A stretch of 35,837 bases of DNA from a virus (taxonomy: Duplodnaviria > Caudoviricetes): positions 1 through 35,837 of the IMG/VR virus record IMGVR_UViG_3300048577_000125; one strand, written 5' to 3'. The position numbers and the translations under genes are program-made. Positions within the stretch are counted from its first letter, which is position 1. Each line of letters starts with the position of its first letter. Positions 1 through 9,318 of this stretch are shown here, in pieces. The notes below the pieces were generated by a model. The model was not told the origin of the DNA, searched no databases, and saw nothing but the letters and a program-made list of their open reading frames with translations.

Positions 1-127
1 CGGCAGCCCATCCATCTCGCCCAGCTTCAGCCGCGCCGCCCCCACATCATAGATGTACAGCGCCCCGCGCGGCTCGCTCCCGCTGTCGTCCAGCCCCACC
101 ACCACGCCCGAATGGTAGTTTGGCGTC
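1..127. repeat. Terminal direct repeat (circular assembly overlap), identical to 35711-35837
   Basis: 127 bp at both ends match exactly, and a minus-strand ORF reads in frame across the join. Confidence 0.95.
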
Positions 128-1794
128 CCCCACACAAACGGCGCCGTCCCCCCATCCGTAAACAACCCCCGCCCGGCCACCACCTCGCCCAGGTCGGAGG
201 CGATGTCACTCACGCGGCCATACAACTGCGCCGCCGGCAGCCCCGCCACCCCGGCCCCGCCCGTCAGCCCCGCCACCAGGTCAATCAGCGTCAGCTCGCG
301 CTCACCCGCCGTCACGCTGGCAATCAGCATCCAGCCCGCCGGCGTGCGGATGGGCCGATAGCTCACCTCCTGCACAATCAGATAGCGCGGCGTCGCCACC
401 TCCAGCCGCAGCCGGCCCCCATCCTCCAGCAGCCAGCCGTCGCCCGTCTCCAGCAGCGCCAGCGTCACCGTCGCCTCGCCATAGGTTTGCAGCAGCAGCT
501 CGCTGCCATCTTCCAGCAGCCAATAGCCCCCGCCCTGCAATCTCAGCGACGCCTGGTCAATCGTCGGCCCCAGGCCCAGCGTCGGGGAAAAAATCTCAAT
601 CTCCGTCCCAGGCAGCAGCCCAAACTCCGGCACATCAAACTGCACCGTCTCCGCCCCGCGGCCATACACATTCAGCAGATACGCCGCGTAATCCGCCGCC
701 TTCGCCGCCGTCGCAATCGCCTGGTCATACACCTGCTGCGTCAGCACCCGCCCGTGCAGCGCCTGCAAGTCAACATCCTCCACCACCGCGCTCACCGTCG
801 TCAGCTCATAAAAGCGCACCGTCCCCGCGGTGTTTGGGAGCGGCGCGCCCGCCGGCGACCGGAACTTGACCGTCTGCTCCTCGCGGTTCACGACCACATA
901 CCGCTGGCGGCTCACCTCTGCCCCCGGCGTCCCCCACAGGATCGCCTCCGGCTCATACCCAATCGCATTACCCGACAGCGTCAGCGTCCCATACCCTGCA
1001 AACTCCGCCGTCACACTCGCAACACTGTGCACCCGGTAATCCAGCGACACCAACCCATAGTCCAGGGCCGACCCCGCCGTAAACGCCTGGGTGCGCAGCG
1101 AGCCCTGAATATCCTTCCCATACACCTCCACGCGGTTCAGCGCCTTGCTGTCATCAATCGTCCGCGACAGGCTCCCCGCCAGCACATCAAAGCGCGTGGA
1201 GCCATCCGGCGCGTCCGTGTCGATGTCAAACGCCGCCCGTGGCGGCGCCCAGCGGTTATACCAGTACAGCCGCTTCAGCGGGTCGATATACCACCCCGCC
1301 CCCACCATCTGCGCCAACCGATCCAGCGCCTGCCGCACCGTCACCCGCTGAAAACCAATCTCCACGTCTGCCCGCGTAAACTGCACCTGGCTCAGGTTGA
1401 ACCCCTCCGGCTCCAGGTACTCATCGAACAGCGCCCGCACAATATTCGCATCCGTCATGCCAAAAAACTGCGTATTGCCGATCACCAGCCGGTCCAGCAG
1501 CATCGACCAGTCCCGGCACGCCAGCGACCAGCGCACCGTGCGGCCATCCCCCGCCCCCAGCCCCACCGCCGTGCGCGTCGCCACATACCCGCCAAAAATG
1601 CGCGTCCCGCCGACCGCAACCAACACCTCGTCCCACGCCGCCGGCTCATACCCCTGGCTCTCCATCACCTCCAGGTCCGCCACATTCCCCGTATTGCCGA
1701 TCCCCGCGCGCACACTGAGGCTGTCATACAGCAACGACGTGCTGCGATCTGCCCCATCGATTGTCACCGTCACCACGTGGTTCGTCGTCGGCAT
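1..1794 (-). CDS. Large tail tip/hub protein, 5' part (continues across the join to 34277; about 1075 aa in total)
   Basis: ATG at 1794 (MPTTNHVVTVTIDGADRS...LACRDWSMLLDR...RQALDRLAQMVGAGWYIDP), in frame with ORF 34277..35815 through the overlap; follows the tape measure gene. Absent from the ORF track because it runs off the edge. Confidence 0.8.
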   Translation of the reverse strand, partial: MPTTNHVVTVTIDGADRSTSLLYDSLSVRAGIGNTGNVADLEVMESQGYEPAAWDEVLVAVGGTRIFGGYVATRTAVGLGAGDGRTVRWSLACRDWSMLLDRLVIGNTQFFGMTDANIVRALFDEYLEPEGFNLSQVQFTRADVEIGFQRVTVRQALDRLAQMVGAGWYIDPLKRLYWYNRWAPPRAAFDIDTDAPDGSTRFDVLAGSLSRTIDDSKALNRVEVYGKDIQGSLRTQAFTAGSALDYGLVSLDYRVHSVASVTAEFAGYGTLTLSGNAIGYEPEAILWGTPGAEVSRQRYVVVNREEQTVKFRSPAGAPLPNTAGTVRFYELTTVSAVVEDVDLQALHGRVLTQQVYDQAIATAAKAADYAAYLLNVYGRGAETVQFDVPEFGLLPGTEIEIFSPTLGLGPTIDQASLRLQGGGYWLLEDGSELLLQTYGEATVTLALLETGDGWLLEDGGRLRLEVATPRYLIVQEVSYRPIRTPAGWMLIASVTAGERELTLIDLVAGLTGGAGVAGLPAAQLYGRVSDIASDLGEVVAGRGLFTDGGTAPFVWGTPNYHSGVVVGLDDSGSEPRGALYIYDVGAARLKLGEMDGLP

Positions 1795-1800
1795 AATTTT

Positions 1801-1830
1801 CAGTACCGCTAAGAAGCGTTATTGCGCCAG
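1801..1830 (+). other. dif/Xer-like site A
   Basis: CAGTACCGCTAA-GAAGCG-TTATTGCGCCAG, between tape measure and tail tip genes. Confidence 0.75.
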
Positions 1831-1838
1831 GTCAATCC

Positions 1839-1860
1839 TCACTGTCGTTTCCGACAGTGA
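1839..1860. repeat. 22-bp palindrome P1
   Basis: TCACTGTCGTTTCCGACAGTGA, 5 bp after the tape measure stop. Confidence 0.95.
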
Positions 1861-1865
1861 GCGCG

Positions 1866-3719
1866 CTAACGCACCATCACCGCCCCCGTCAGATCAATCT
1901 CCCGCTTCAGCGCCAGCGCCAGCTCCCTGATCTTCGTCCGGCTCGCCGGCAAATCCCCATCCCCATGCACATACAAATCAATCCGGCTGCTGCTGCTCCC
2001 GCCCCAGCCCGCCGCATCCGGGTAGATATACCCATCCGACTGCGGCACAAATACTTCCGCCCGCTTCTCCCCCACGATGTACGGCTGTCCCGCCGTCACC
2101 GGCCCGCCCACGGCCCGCCCCTCGAACGCCCCCAGCCCATACAAAATGGGCGACTTGAACATATCGACCATCGACGTAATTTCCCGCATTCGTTTGTCAA
2201 TTTCCATCAACTGGCCCCAGTCGCCCGCCTGGAGCGCCTGAAAACCCTGGCCCAGCAGCGCAAACCCCTCCGTCAGGTTGGCGATCATATCCGTCAGCCC
2301 CGCCACCGCCCGGCCCGTCACCGTGAGCACCCCGATCCAGAACTCCCCCCAGTCTGCCGAAGCCCCCGCCCCATCTCCCTGGAACCAGCCCACAATCTCC
2401 CCCAGGCTGGCCATGATTCTGCCCACATCCTGACCCACTGAATCCGCCGCCGTCGTCACCGTCGCCGCAATCTTCGGCCAGTACGCGCCGAAATCGTTCA
2501 CCAGCTTGACCACCTTCTCCGCCACCACCATGAAGAAGGCGACGATCTTCGGCCCGTTCTCGTCCGCCAGCTTAATCAGCACATCCAGCAGGCTGCGCAA
2601 CTGCGGCATCACCGCATTGCCGATGTCAATCGCTGTCTGGTCAATAATGCCCCGGAAAATGTCCCACTTGCCGGAGAGCGTATCCATGCGCGTGGCCGCA
2701 GCAGCCTCGGCGTCCGTCTTCGCCATCGTCGCCTTCAGCGCCAAAAACTCCGCCTCCGTCAGCCCCGCCATCGCCGCCGCCGCCCGCATCGCATCCGTCC
2801 CAAAAATGGTGCTCAGCGCCTGGTTCTTCTGCTCCTCGCTCAACCCCGCCAGCGCCGTGTTCAGGATGCCCGCAATCTCCCCCATCCCCTTCAGTTCCCC
2901 CGTCGCCGTGAAGAACTGGTTAGCGCCGTCGGCTGTAATCAGCCCCAGCGCCCGCATCGCGCTCTCAGCCTCATTCGACTTCGGCACCAGGTTCAGCAGC
3001 ATCGTCTTCAGCGAGGTCCCTGCATCGCTGCCGGAGGCAAACAGAGGCGAGATCGCCGCGATGGTGGCGTTAAAATCCTCGAACTCCACGCCCACCGTCG
3101 CCGCCACACCCCCGCCCTGCGCCAGCGCCAGCGCATAATCCTCGAAGCTGAACTTGCTCGCCTGCGTCGTCGCCAGGATGCCGTTGACAGCCTTATCCAT
3201 GTCCTTGGCCTGGATGCCAAACACCGCCATCACATCCGAGGCCGTCGCCGCCGCCGAGGCCATGTCGGCCCCCGTGGCGTTGCTCAGCAGCACCGTGCTG
3301 CGCGCCGCCCCATCCAGGATAGCCGCCACGCTCACGCCCGCCGTGCCCAGCACGCCAATCGCCGCCGCCGCCTCCTCCGCCCCCACCTTCAGCTTCGGAT
3401 CCAGCCCCAGGTCACGAATCAGCCCCCGCAGCGCCTCCGTCTCACCCGCCGAGGTGTTCATCGATGCCGCAATGTCCGCAATCCCCTGCTCCATCGCCAT
3501 CGCCTGGTCAACCGAACTTTTCATCGCCAGACCCAGCCCGCCGATGGCCGCCGCCCCGCCCGCCACCGCCGCGCCAAAACCCAGCTTCATAATGTTCCCG
3601 AAGCCGCCCACCTTCTGGCCCGACTTTTGCAGCGTGGAATCCACGCCCTTCATCTTCCGCTCAAACTCGGAAGTGTTGGCCCCCACCTTGGCGTATAGCG
3701 AAGCAATCTGGTCAGCCAT
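1866..3719 (-). CDS. Tail tape measure protein (TP901 family)
   Basis: 617 aa, Ala-rich; GSDAGTSLKTML and LSTIFGTDAMRAA motifs; position in the tail operon. Confidence 0.93.
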   Translation of the reverse strand: MADQIASLYAKVGANTSEFERKMKGVDSTLQKSGQKVGGFGNIMKLGFGAAVAGGAAAIGGLGLAMKSSVDQAMAMEQGIADIAASMNTSAGETEALRGLIRDLGLDPKLKVGAEEAAAAIGVLGTAGVSVAAILDGAARSTVLLSNATGADMASAAATASDVMAVFGIQAKDMDKAVNGILATTQASKFSFEDYALALAQGGGVAATVGVEFEDFNATIAAISPLFASGSDAGTSLKTMLLNLVPKSNEAESAMRALGLITADGANQFFTATGELKGMGEIAGILNTALAGLSEEQKNQALSTIFGTDAMRAAAAMAGLTEAEFLALKATMAKTDAEAAAATRMDTLSGKWDIFRGIIDQTAIDIGNAVMPQLRSLLDVLIKLADENGPKIVAFFMVVAEKVVKLVNDFGAYWPKIAATVTTAADSVGQDVGRIMASLGEIVGWFQGDGAGASADWGEFWIGVLTVTGRAVAGLTDMIANLTEGFALLGQGFQALQAGDWGQLMEIDKRMREITSMVDMFKSPILYGLGAFEGRAVGGPVTAGQPYIVGEKRAEVFVPQSDGYIYPDAAGWGGSSSSRIDLYVHGDGDLPASRTKIRELALALKREIDLTGAVMVR

Positions 3720-3938
3720 CTACCGCCCTCTGTTCTGCTGCCGCAGCCGCGCCAGCGCCCACCGATACCGCCCCCACAGATACATCTCCATCTGCATCAG
3801 CGGCCCCGGCTCCCCGGTCAGCATCTCGCGCACAGGCCGCCCGAACGTTTCAGCCTGTACAAATAACTCCATATTAGCCGTACTGCGCAGGTTGGCAGTC
3901 CCGTCGTTCGGGCGCTCTAGGAACCACCACCAGGAAAA
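3720..3938 (-). CDS. Tail assembly chaperone -1 frameshift extension (gpT-like)
   Basis: The -1 frame is open from TTTT (3935-3938) to TAG at 3720, abutting the tape measure ATG; internal ATG at 3872. Confidence 0.6.
   Translation of the reverse strand, partial: FSWWWFLERPNDGTANLRSTANMELFVQAETFGRPVREMLTGEPGPLMQMEMYLWGRYRWALARLRQQNRGR
3855..3885 (-). other. dif/Xer-like site B
   Basis: Minus strand CAGTACGGCTAA-TATGGAG-TTATTTGTACAG; both arms are GTAC type. Confidence 0.7.
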
Positions 3939-4255
3939 GCATCAAGCTTCTCCTGGTCATCGCCAAGCCCGCTCAACTCCGCCACCCGCACCGCAATCAC
4001 TTCAAAGCGCGGCGTCATCCCCGCCCGCAGCGCCAGCAACTGCTGCGCCGTCAGCGGCGGCTGAACCAGCCCCTCCGCCACCATATGCACCATCAGCAGC
4101 AGCGGGTCATTGCCCGCCGCCCGCTTCGCCCGCGCCACCTCCGCCACCGACAGCCCGCGCACGCGCACCAGCCCCAGGCCCTCAACCGCCAGATCTTCCG
4201 GCTCGCCCAGCACCCCGCGCAGAAAGTCATCCGCCGAAAGGTAACTACCCGACAT
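3917..4255 (-). CDS. Tail assembly chaperone (gpG-like)
   Basis: 112 aa between tail tube and tape measure; VRVRGLS motif. Confidence 0.75.
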   Translation of the reverse strand: MSGSYLSADDFLRGVLGEPEDLAVEGLGLVRVRGLSVAEVARAKRAAGNDPLLLMVHMVAEGLVQPPLTAQQLLALRAGMTPRFEVIAVRVAELSGLGDDQEKLDAFPGGGS

Positions 4256-4640
4256 ACGTCACCGGCCCGCTCGGCTCGAAATCAAACGACGTATCCGCCT
4301 TCCCCTGGTGCGAAATGCTGCGCCCATGCCCCGTCAGGTAGGCCGTCCCGATGTTCCAGTACGCCGTCCCTTCGTTCAGGCGCAGGGCAATCGCCGACCC
4401 GCCCAGCATCGCATTGCGCAAACTCGTCTGCGCCGTCTCATCCGCCGCATGGTTGCCGCTAAACGACCCGCTCGCCGCCCGGATGTTGGGAACCGTGCGC
4501 TTCCAGTTGTCCCCAAACGCGCTCACCTCTGTCGGCGACATGTTCAGGTTGATCGACCACTCGTTGATCTCCCCCACCACCGTCGTTCCGCCCGTCATAT
4601 AGGTGACGGAACCGCCCAGCCCACTAATCGGAGTGCCCAT
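4245..4640 (-). CDS. Major tail (tube) protein
   Basis: 131 aa, EINEWSINLNMSPTEVSAFGDNWKRTVP; synteny. Confidence 0.8.
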   Translation of the reverse strand: MGTPISGLGGSVTYMTGGTTVVGEINEWSINLNMSPTEVSAFGDNWKRTVPNIRAASGSFSGNHAADETAQTSLRNAMLGGSAIALRLNEGTAYWNIGTAYLTGHGRSISHQGKADTSFDFEPSGPVTYVG

Positions 4641-4643
4641 ACC

Positions 4644-5030
4644 CTAATCCTCCCAAACCTCTACCCGATACAACCCGCCCACATGCCAGAACTGGCCAGG
4701 GTCCTGATACTCTATGGTGGCCTGCCGCTCAAAGCGCAGCAGGTTGAACCCACTCACAACCACCGTGCCGCCCCCCTCAATCATCCCGTGGATGGCGTCA
4801 TACGCGCGCTGCGCCCCCGTCGGCCACATGTCCTTGCTGACCACCTTCACCACGTAATCCGCATTGAGGCCCTTAGAATTGAACGTGTGTTCATCCCGCC
4901 CATCCTGCCGCTGGAAGATCACATACGGCGGCTGCGTCCCCTGCGGCGCCCTGGCATAGAACACCGGCAGCGCCGTCGCCCCATCCACCAGCATATTGAT
5001 TGCCGTGCCCAACGCCCCAAAGTCACCCAC
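4644..5030 (-). CDS. Tail terminator/completion protein (DUF3168-like)
   Basis: APQGTQPPYVIF motif; synteny. Confidence 0.75.
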   Translation of the reverse strand: MGDFGALGTAINMLVDGATALPVFYARAPQGTQPPYVIFQRQDGRDEHTFNSKGLNADYVVKVVSKDMWPTGAQRAYDAIHGMIEGGGTVVVSGFNLLRFERQATIEYQDPGQFWHVGGLYRVEVWED

Positions 5031-5448
5031 CCGTTACCACCGTCCTGAAATTCCGTTCCAGTTCGTCCGCCGCCTCATTCACCGCCGGCCCCAAAAACGC
5101 CTGTCCCGCCATCACCGCCGTCCCCAACTCCTGGTACAGCCCATACTCCACGCTCGGCCCCACATGCGCCGTGTCATCGTCCGCCGGCTCCGGCAGCTCC
5201 ACCCGCTCGGCGTCGCCCTCCACGGCTGGCAGCGCCGTCGCCCCCTTGCCCATCCGCACGTAAATCGAACTGCGCAGCGCCCCCGTATCGTAGCGTGTCC
5301 GCGGCTTCGCCTTCCGTTCGATAGCGAACGCCGTCGCCCGCACCGCCGACCGCCGGTTCCCCGGCAGCCGGGTCAGAATCTGGTTCAGCCGCGTCGTGTC
5401 GATCTCCCACTCCACGTCCCCCGTCCTGTTGCGAAACGGCCTCGGCAT
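5023..5448 (-). CDS. HK97 gp10-family tail component
   Basis: YDTGALRSSI, VEYGLYQELGT and FLGPAV motifs; start moved to ATG 5448. Confidence 0.85.
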   Translation of the reverse strand: MPRPFRNRTGDVEWEIDTTRLNQILTRLPGNRRSAVRATAFAIERKAKPRTRYDTGALRSSIYVRMGKGATALPAVEGDAERVELPEPADDDTAHVGPSVEYGLYQELGTAVMAGQAFLGPAVNEAADELERNFRTVVTGG

Positions 5449-5538
5449 AGCGATACCCCTCTCTCTCCACCAACTGCGCCGCATAGTCCGCCTCGCCATC
5501 GTGGACGAAATGCAGCCCGCCGTCGGGACCAATCAGCG

Positions 5539-6234
5539 TCATGGGTGAAACACCGCCTGGCTGGGGTCCAGCCAGAAGCCATAGCCCTTGGCGTTGACCG
5601 CCGGACCCAGCATCGCATCCCGCTCCGAAAACCGGCACTGCCGCGCCACCACATCCCGCATCACCTTGCAGCTCCCCGCCGACTCCAGCCGCAGCAGCCC
5701 GCCCGCCGGCAGCGACGCCAGTCCCGGATGATACGGCGCATTCGGCCCGAACCGCTGCCCGTTCGCCCGATAGCCCCACGTGTCGTAAAAAAAGCCGCCC
5801 ATGTGCATCGACAGCGGGCTGACCACATCCACCGCCCTGCTCGTGTCGTTCAGCCGTTGCAGCAGCCGCACCATCGTCAGCGGCTCCCAAATCAGATCCG
5901 CCTCCACATAAATCAGCGCATCGAAGTCGTCCTCCTTGATGCGCTCAAACAGCCGGTTCCACGTCCGCGCAATATTCGCCCAGCGCGTCGGGTCATCGAT
6001 GCTGCCAAAACTTGGCCCGCCGTGGTCCAGCTTATAGATCGCCAGCCCCGGCGTATCCCGCACCGCCTCCACCAGCCGCGCCCACGTGTTGTCCGCCGAG
6101 TCGCCCTCCCCCACGCGCATCACCAGCGAGTCACCTCGCGCCGCCAGCACCTCCCGCAGCCCCGCCGCCTGGCGCAAATACCGCTCCAAATACCCCTCCG
6201 CATTGCGGAGGATGCTCGCCATCGCCACAATCAT
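5539..6234 (-). CDS. Glycosyltransferase, GT-A fold (GT2/Anp1-like)
   Basis: EGDSADNT, YVEADL (DxD-like) and FFYDTWGYR motifs. Confidence 0.75.
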   Translation of the reverse strand: MIVAMASILRNAEGYLERYLRQAAGLREVLAARGDSLVMRVGEGDSADNTWARLVEAVRDTPGLAIYKLDHGGPSFGSIDDPTRWANIARTWNRLFERIKEDDFDALIYVEADLIWEPLTMVRLLQRLNDTSRAVDVVSPLSMHMGGFFYDTWGYRANGQRFGPNAPYHPGLASLPAGGLLRLESAGSCKVMRDVVARQCRFSERDAMLGPAVNAKGYGFWLDPSQAVFHP

Positions 6235-6253
6235 CCGCCCCGCTCCTCTCCCC

Positions 6254-6275
6254 TCACTGTCGTTTCCGACAGTGA
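6254..6275. repeat. 22-bp palindrome P2
   Basis: Exact copy, intergenic between the two GT-A genes. Confidence 0.95.
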
Positions 6276-6281
6276 GCCGTG

Positions 6282-6312
6282 CTGTTGCGATAACCGCTTA
6301 TTACCTGTACAC
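6282..6312 (-). other. dif/Xer-like site C
   Basis: Minus strand GTGTACAGGTAA-TAAGCGG-TTATCGCAACAG, directly after the stop at 6314. Confidence 0.75.
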
Positions 6313-6313
6313 A

Positions 6314-6979
6314 TCAATGCACCACATGCGTCGTCGGGTCGGCCCAAATGCCAAACCCGCGCGCCTTCGCCAGCGCACAGAACCCGCGATCCACATCCTC
6401 GCTGCGATAGCGCACACCCGCGCGCAGCACCGCGATCTTGCTCAACAGCGTGCCGCCCACCGTGTCCATCTCAATCGGCTCGTCGCCAAACGCCGCAGCC
6501 TCCTCACGCCCAAAGTTCGTGAAAAACTGCCCGCCCCGGCTGAAGGCCCAGATGTCATAAAAGAACACGCCGCCTTGCCACGTGAACGGCGCAATGATGT
6601 CCTTGTCCGCTGCGATCAGCCGCTCCAGCAGGGCAGGCTCATAGCGGATGTCCGAGGGCAGGAACAGCACGTAATCCGACCAGCGGCAGTCCACCGCCTC
6701 CAGCCCAGCGTTGAACACCTGCGCCAGAATCTCAAACCGCTCCGCATTGACCACCGACGGATAACGCGGCCGCCCCGTGTCGCAGCGCACCACGTGCACC
6801 CAGCCCGCCGCCGCCTGCCAGCCCAACAGCGCCGCGCGCGTATCGTCCACGCTGTCCCCCTCCACGGCCACCACCACCAGCCGCCCGCCCGGCAGCGTCA
6901 ACCGCTCCACCCGCTCCCTATACGCCGCCACACCAGCCGCACCGGCATCGCGAAACGGGCTGACGATAGTCACGTTCAT
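6314..6979 (-). CDS. Glycosyltransferase, GT-A fold (GT2/Anp1-like)
   Basis: VTIVSPFRD, EGDSVDDT and FFYDIWAF motifs; paralogous to 5539..6234. Confidence 0.78.
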   Translation of the reverse strand: MNVTIVSPFRDAGAAGVAAYRERVERLTLPGGRLVVVAVEGDSVDDTRAALLGWQAAAGWVHVVRCDTGRPRYPSVVNAERFEILAQVFNAGLEAVDCRWSDYVLFLPSDIRYEPALLERLIAADKDIIAPFTWQGGVFFYDIWAFSRGGQFFTNFGREEAAAFGDEPIEMDTVGGTLLSKIAVLRAGVRYRSEDVDRGFCALAKARGFGIWADPTTHVVH

Positions 6980-7704
6980 AGCGCCAGCTCCATCCGTTCC
7001 GCCCGCCGCATCGCCTCATAGGTATCCATGTCGCGCACCTCCCAGCCGTTGTAAGTGGCGCAGGGCAGCGGCGGATAGGTCATCGCCCGCACAAACCGCT
7101 CCACATACTCCCACGGCCACGCTGGGTCAATCGCCCCGCCGTGTGGCGGCCCCGCATGATGGTACTGCGCCTGGCCGACCTGCGCGACCCCTGGAATGTC
7201 GAGAAACGCCAGCTTGATTGCCGCCGGCCAGCACTCGACCACCAGCCGGTTGATCTTATCGAACAGGCTCGCCTGCGTCTCATCCGGCGCAATCTGGCAC
7301 GTGCACTGCAAAATAATCCGCCCCGTGTCGATGCCCTCGTCCACCCAGTGATAGGTAATCCCCGTCACCGCGTCCCCATCCAGGATCGCCCACGGCACCG
7401 AACTGCGCCCCCGATGATTCGGCAGCAGCGCCGCATGGCAGTTGATCACCCGCCCGGCCATCCTTGCGATCACGGGCCGCCGGATGATGTGCAGATAGCC
7501 GATAGAGGCAATCGCTCCTGGTTTGTAAGGCCATTTCCCCAGGTCATTGACCGATTGCGTGCTGTACCAGACACCCAGCTCCCGCGCCGTGCGGATGATG
7601 TCCGCCCCTTCATGCGTGAAGAGCGCCACCTGGTGTTTCTGCTCAGCGCACTGGCGCAGGATCGCCTCGGCGGCTGGCCCCTTGCCGCAGATAAAAAGCA
7701 TCAC
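6976..7704 (-). CDS. Formyltransferase (Fmt/sugar N-formyltransferase family)
   Basis: INCHAALLPNHRGRSSVPWAI...TGITYHWVDEGIDTGRII signature. Confidence 0.9.
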   Translation of the reverse strand: MMLFICGKGPAAEAILRQCAEQKHQVALFTHEGADIIRTARELGVWYSTQSVNDLGKWPYKPGAIASIGYLHIIRRPVIARMAGRVINCHAALLPNHRGRSSVPWAILDGDAVTGITYHWVDEGIDTGRIILQCTCQIAPDETQASLFDKINRLVVECWPAAIKLAFLDIPGVAQVGQAQYHHAGPPHGGAIDPAWPWEYVERFVRAMTYPPLPCATYNGWEVRDMDTYEAMRRAERMELAL

Positions 7705-9005
7705 GCCCGCACCGCCTCGCTCCCGTTAACCGCCGCCGTCGGCTCCACCGCCACCAGCTTCGCCCCCGGCCCCGCCACCAGCGCCGCCATCGCCGCCGGC
7801 TGCGCAGCTCGCACAGGCTGCGCCGGCGTCACCGTGCGCGCCAACTCCGCCATCAGCGGCCCCCACTGCTCCGCCACAATCGCATCCCAACTATATTCCC
7901 CGTGGATGGCCGCCTCCGCCCGCAGCCGCTTTGCCAGCGGCCACGCATCCCCGTTGTCATGCCACTCCGCATACAGCTCATGCAGCGCATCGCGGATGCC
8001 GTCCACATCCGGCCACGCCTGCCACGCATTCAACTGCGTCCACACCATGTCCCGCGGCGCGACCCGATAACCCCAGCGCACCAGCTCCGGCATCGCCGAG
8101 AAGTCGGTCGTCACCACCGGCGCGCCGCACGCCTGCGCCTCAATCAGCGGAATCCCGAATCCTTCCGACATCGCCGCGCCCAGGAACACATCCGCATTGT
8201 TGTAGACCAACGCCAGATACTCCGGCGGCAGCCCCCGAAAATACTGGTAGCGGTCGGGGAAGATGCACTTTTCGCTGATGCCCAGGTTCGCCATCAGCGC
8301 CCCAAAATCAATGCCGCCATACATCGTCGTCGGCTCCGTGTGGATGTACAGCCGCGCCCCCGGCTTATCCTGCGCAAACTGCGCCCACGCCCGCAACTGC
8401 ACCTGGAACGCCTTCCGGTCAGGAAACCCCTTGTTCGCCGCCACCATCACCGTCAGATGCTCCGCCCCAAACAGCACCTCGCGCCGGAACGCCCGCACCT
8501 GCTCCGCCGGCAGCACCCGGTACACACTCGGCTCCACCCCGTGCGGAATATACGTGTTCGCCACGCCCGCCTTCGCCAGCAGCTCATGTCCCCACTTGCT
8601 GTACGTCAGCGGCCTGTGCGCCCCTTGCAGGCTGTCCAGCACCAACTGCGGCACAGGATCATGATCAATCGGCAGCCACGGCAGCCACAGCGCCGGGCTG
8701 ACCTTCTGCGCCGTCTCCTTCATCACCCACACGTCGATCAGCGAGATGACCACGTTCGCCGCAAAATCCTGCGCGTGCGCCCCGATAATGTCATTCCCAT
8801 ACGCGTCAGCCCCCGCTGGATAACAGCGGATGCCCCCCACCTCATGTGTGCCGCCCTGCAACCCATACCAGGCAAACATCGCCACATTCTGCACCCCGCC
8901 CACCTGGGGCAAAGCCGCCAACCGCGGCAGCAGAGACCTGCCCTGCACACCATACCCGCTGTTGGTCCAGAACGCGTTACTCGAATACAACAGCCTGATC
9001 GACAT
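7701..9005 (-). CDS. Glycosyltransferase family 4 (GT-B)
   Basis: SGYG, IPHGVE and EGFGIPLIEAQACGAPVV (EX7E) motifs; likely start ATG 9005. Confidence 0.92.
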   Translation of the reverse strand: MSIRLLYSSNAFWTNSGYGVQGRSLLPRLAALPQVGGVQNVAMFAWYGLQGGTHEVGGIRCYPAGADAYGNDIIGAHAQDFAANVVISLIDVWVMKETAQKVSPALWLPWLPIDHDPVPQLVLDSLQGAHRPLTYSKWGHELLAKAGVANTYIPHGVEPSVYRVLPAEQVRAFRREVLFGAEHLTVMVAANKGFPDRKAFQVQLRAWAQFAQDKPGARLYIHTEPTTMYGGIDFGALMANLGISEKCIFPDRYQYFRGLPPEYLALVYNNADVFLGAAMSEGFGIPLIEAQACGAPVVTTDFSAMPELVRWGYRVAPRDMVWTQLNAWQAWPDVDGIRDALHELYAEWHDNGDAWPLAKRLRAEAAIHGEYSWDAIVAEQWGPLMAELARTVTPAQPVRAAQPAAMAALVAGPGAKLVAVEPTAAVNGSEAVRA

Positions 9006-9021
9006 ATGCTCCTTGCTCCCC

Positions 9022-9318
9022 TTATCCCTTAGTCGCCGGCAGGACGCCCGCATAGGCGCCCATCAGCGAATTGACCGTCCACTGCAAATCGCTGTCCCCG
9101 CTCCCCTTCGTCACCGCCTGGTTGCTCGCCACCCCAAACGCCAGATTGCGCGCAAACTGCTGCGGCTGATTCAGCAGCGCCGCGCAATAATTCGCCAGCC
9201 GCACATCCGTCGCCGGGTCATTCAGCAGCGCAATCGCCGCCGCCACCGCCGCCTGCTGCACCCGCGCCATAAACTCCCCATCCTGCGCCAGCGCCACCTG
9301 CCCCAAAAAATCAGCCAT
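9022..9318 (-). CDS. Hypothetical protein
   Basis: 98-aa ORF coupled to the upstream gene. Confidence 0.6.
   Translation of the reverse strand: MADFLGQVALAQDGEFMARVQQAAVAAAIALLNDPATDVRLANYCAALLNQPQQFARNLAFGVASNQAVTKGSGDSDLQWTVNSLMGAYAGVLPATKG

Noticed and set aside
1-127. Terminal repeat as a biological DTR
   Set aside because: 127 bp is a common assembler k-mer size and the repeat falls mid-gene, so it indicates circular assembly rather than virion ends.
112-1812. Long plus-strand ORFs opposite the structural genes (also 4996..6522, 7902..9032, 16769..18187, 33719..34801)
   Set aside because: Arg/Pro/His-rich shadow frames expected at high GC, antisense to well-supported genes.
5174-5542. 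ORF MTLIGPDGG... coupled to the GT stop
   Set aside because: The first ~30 codons fill the gap plausibly, but the rest overlaps the gp10-like gene out of frame; it cannot be supported.
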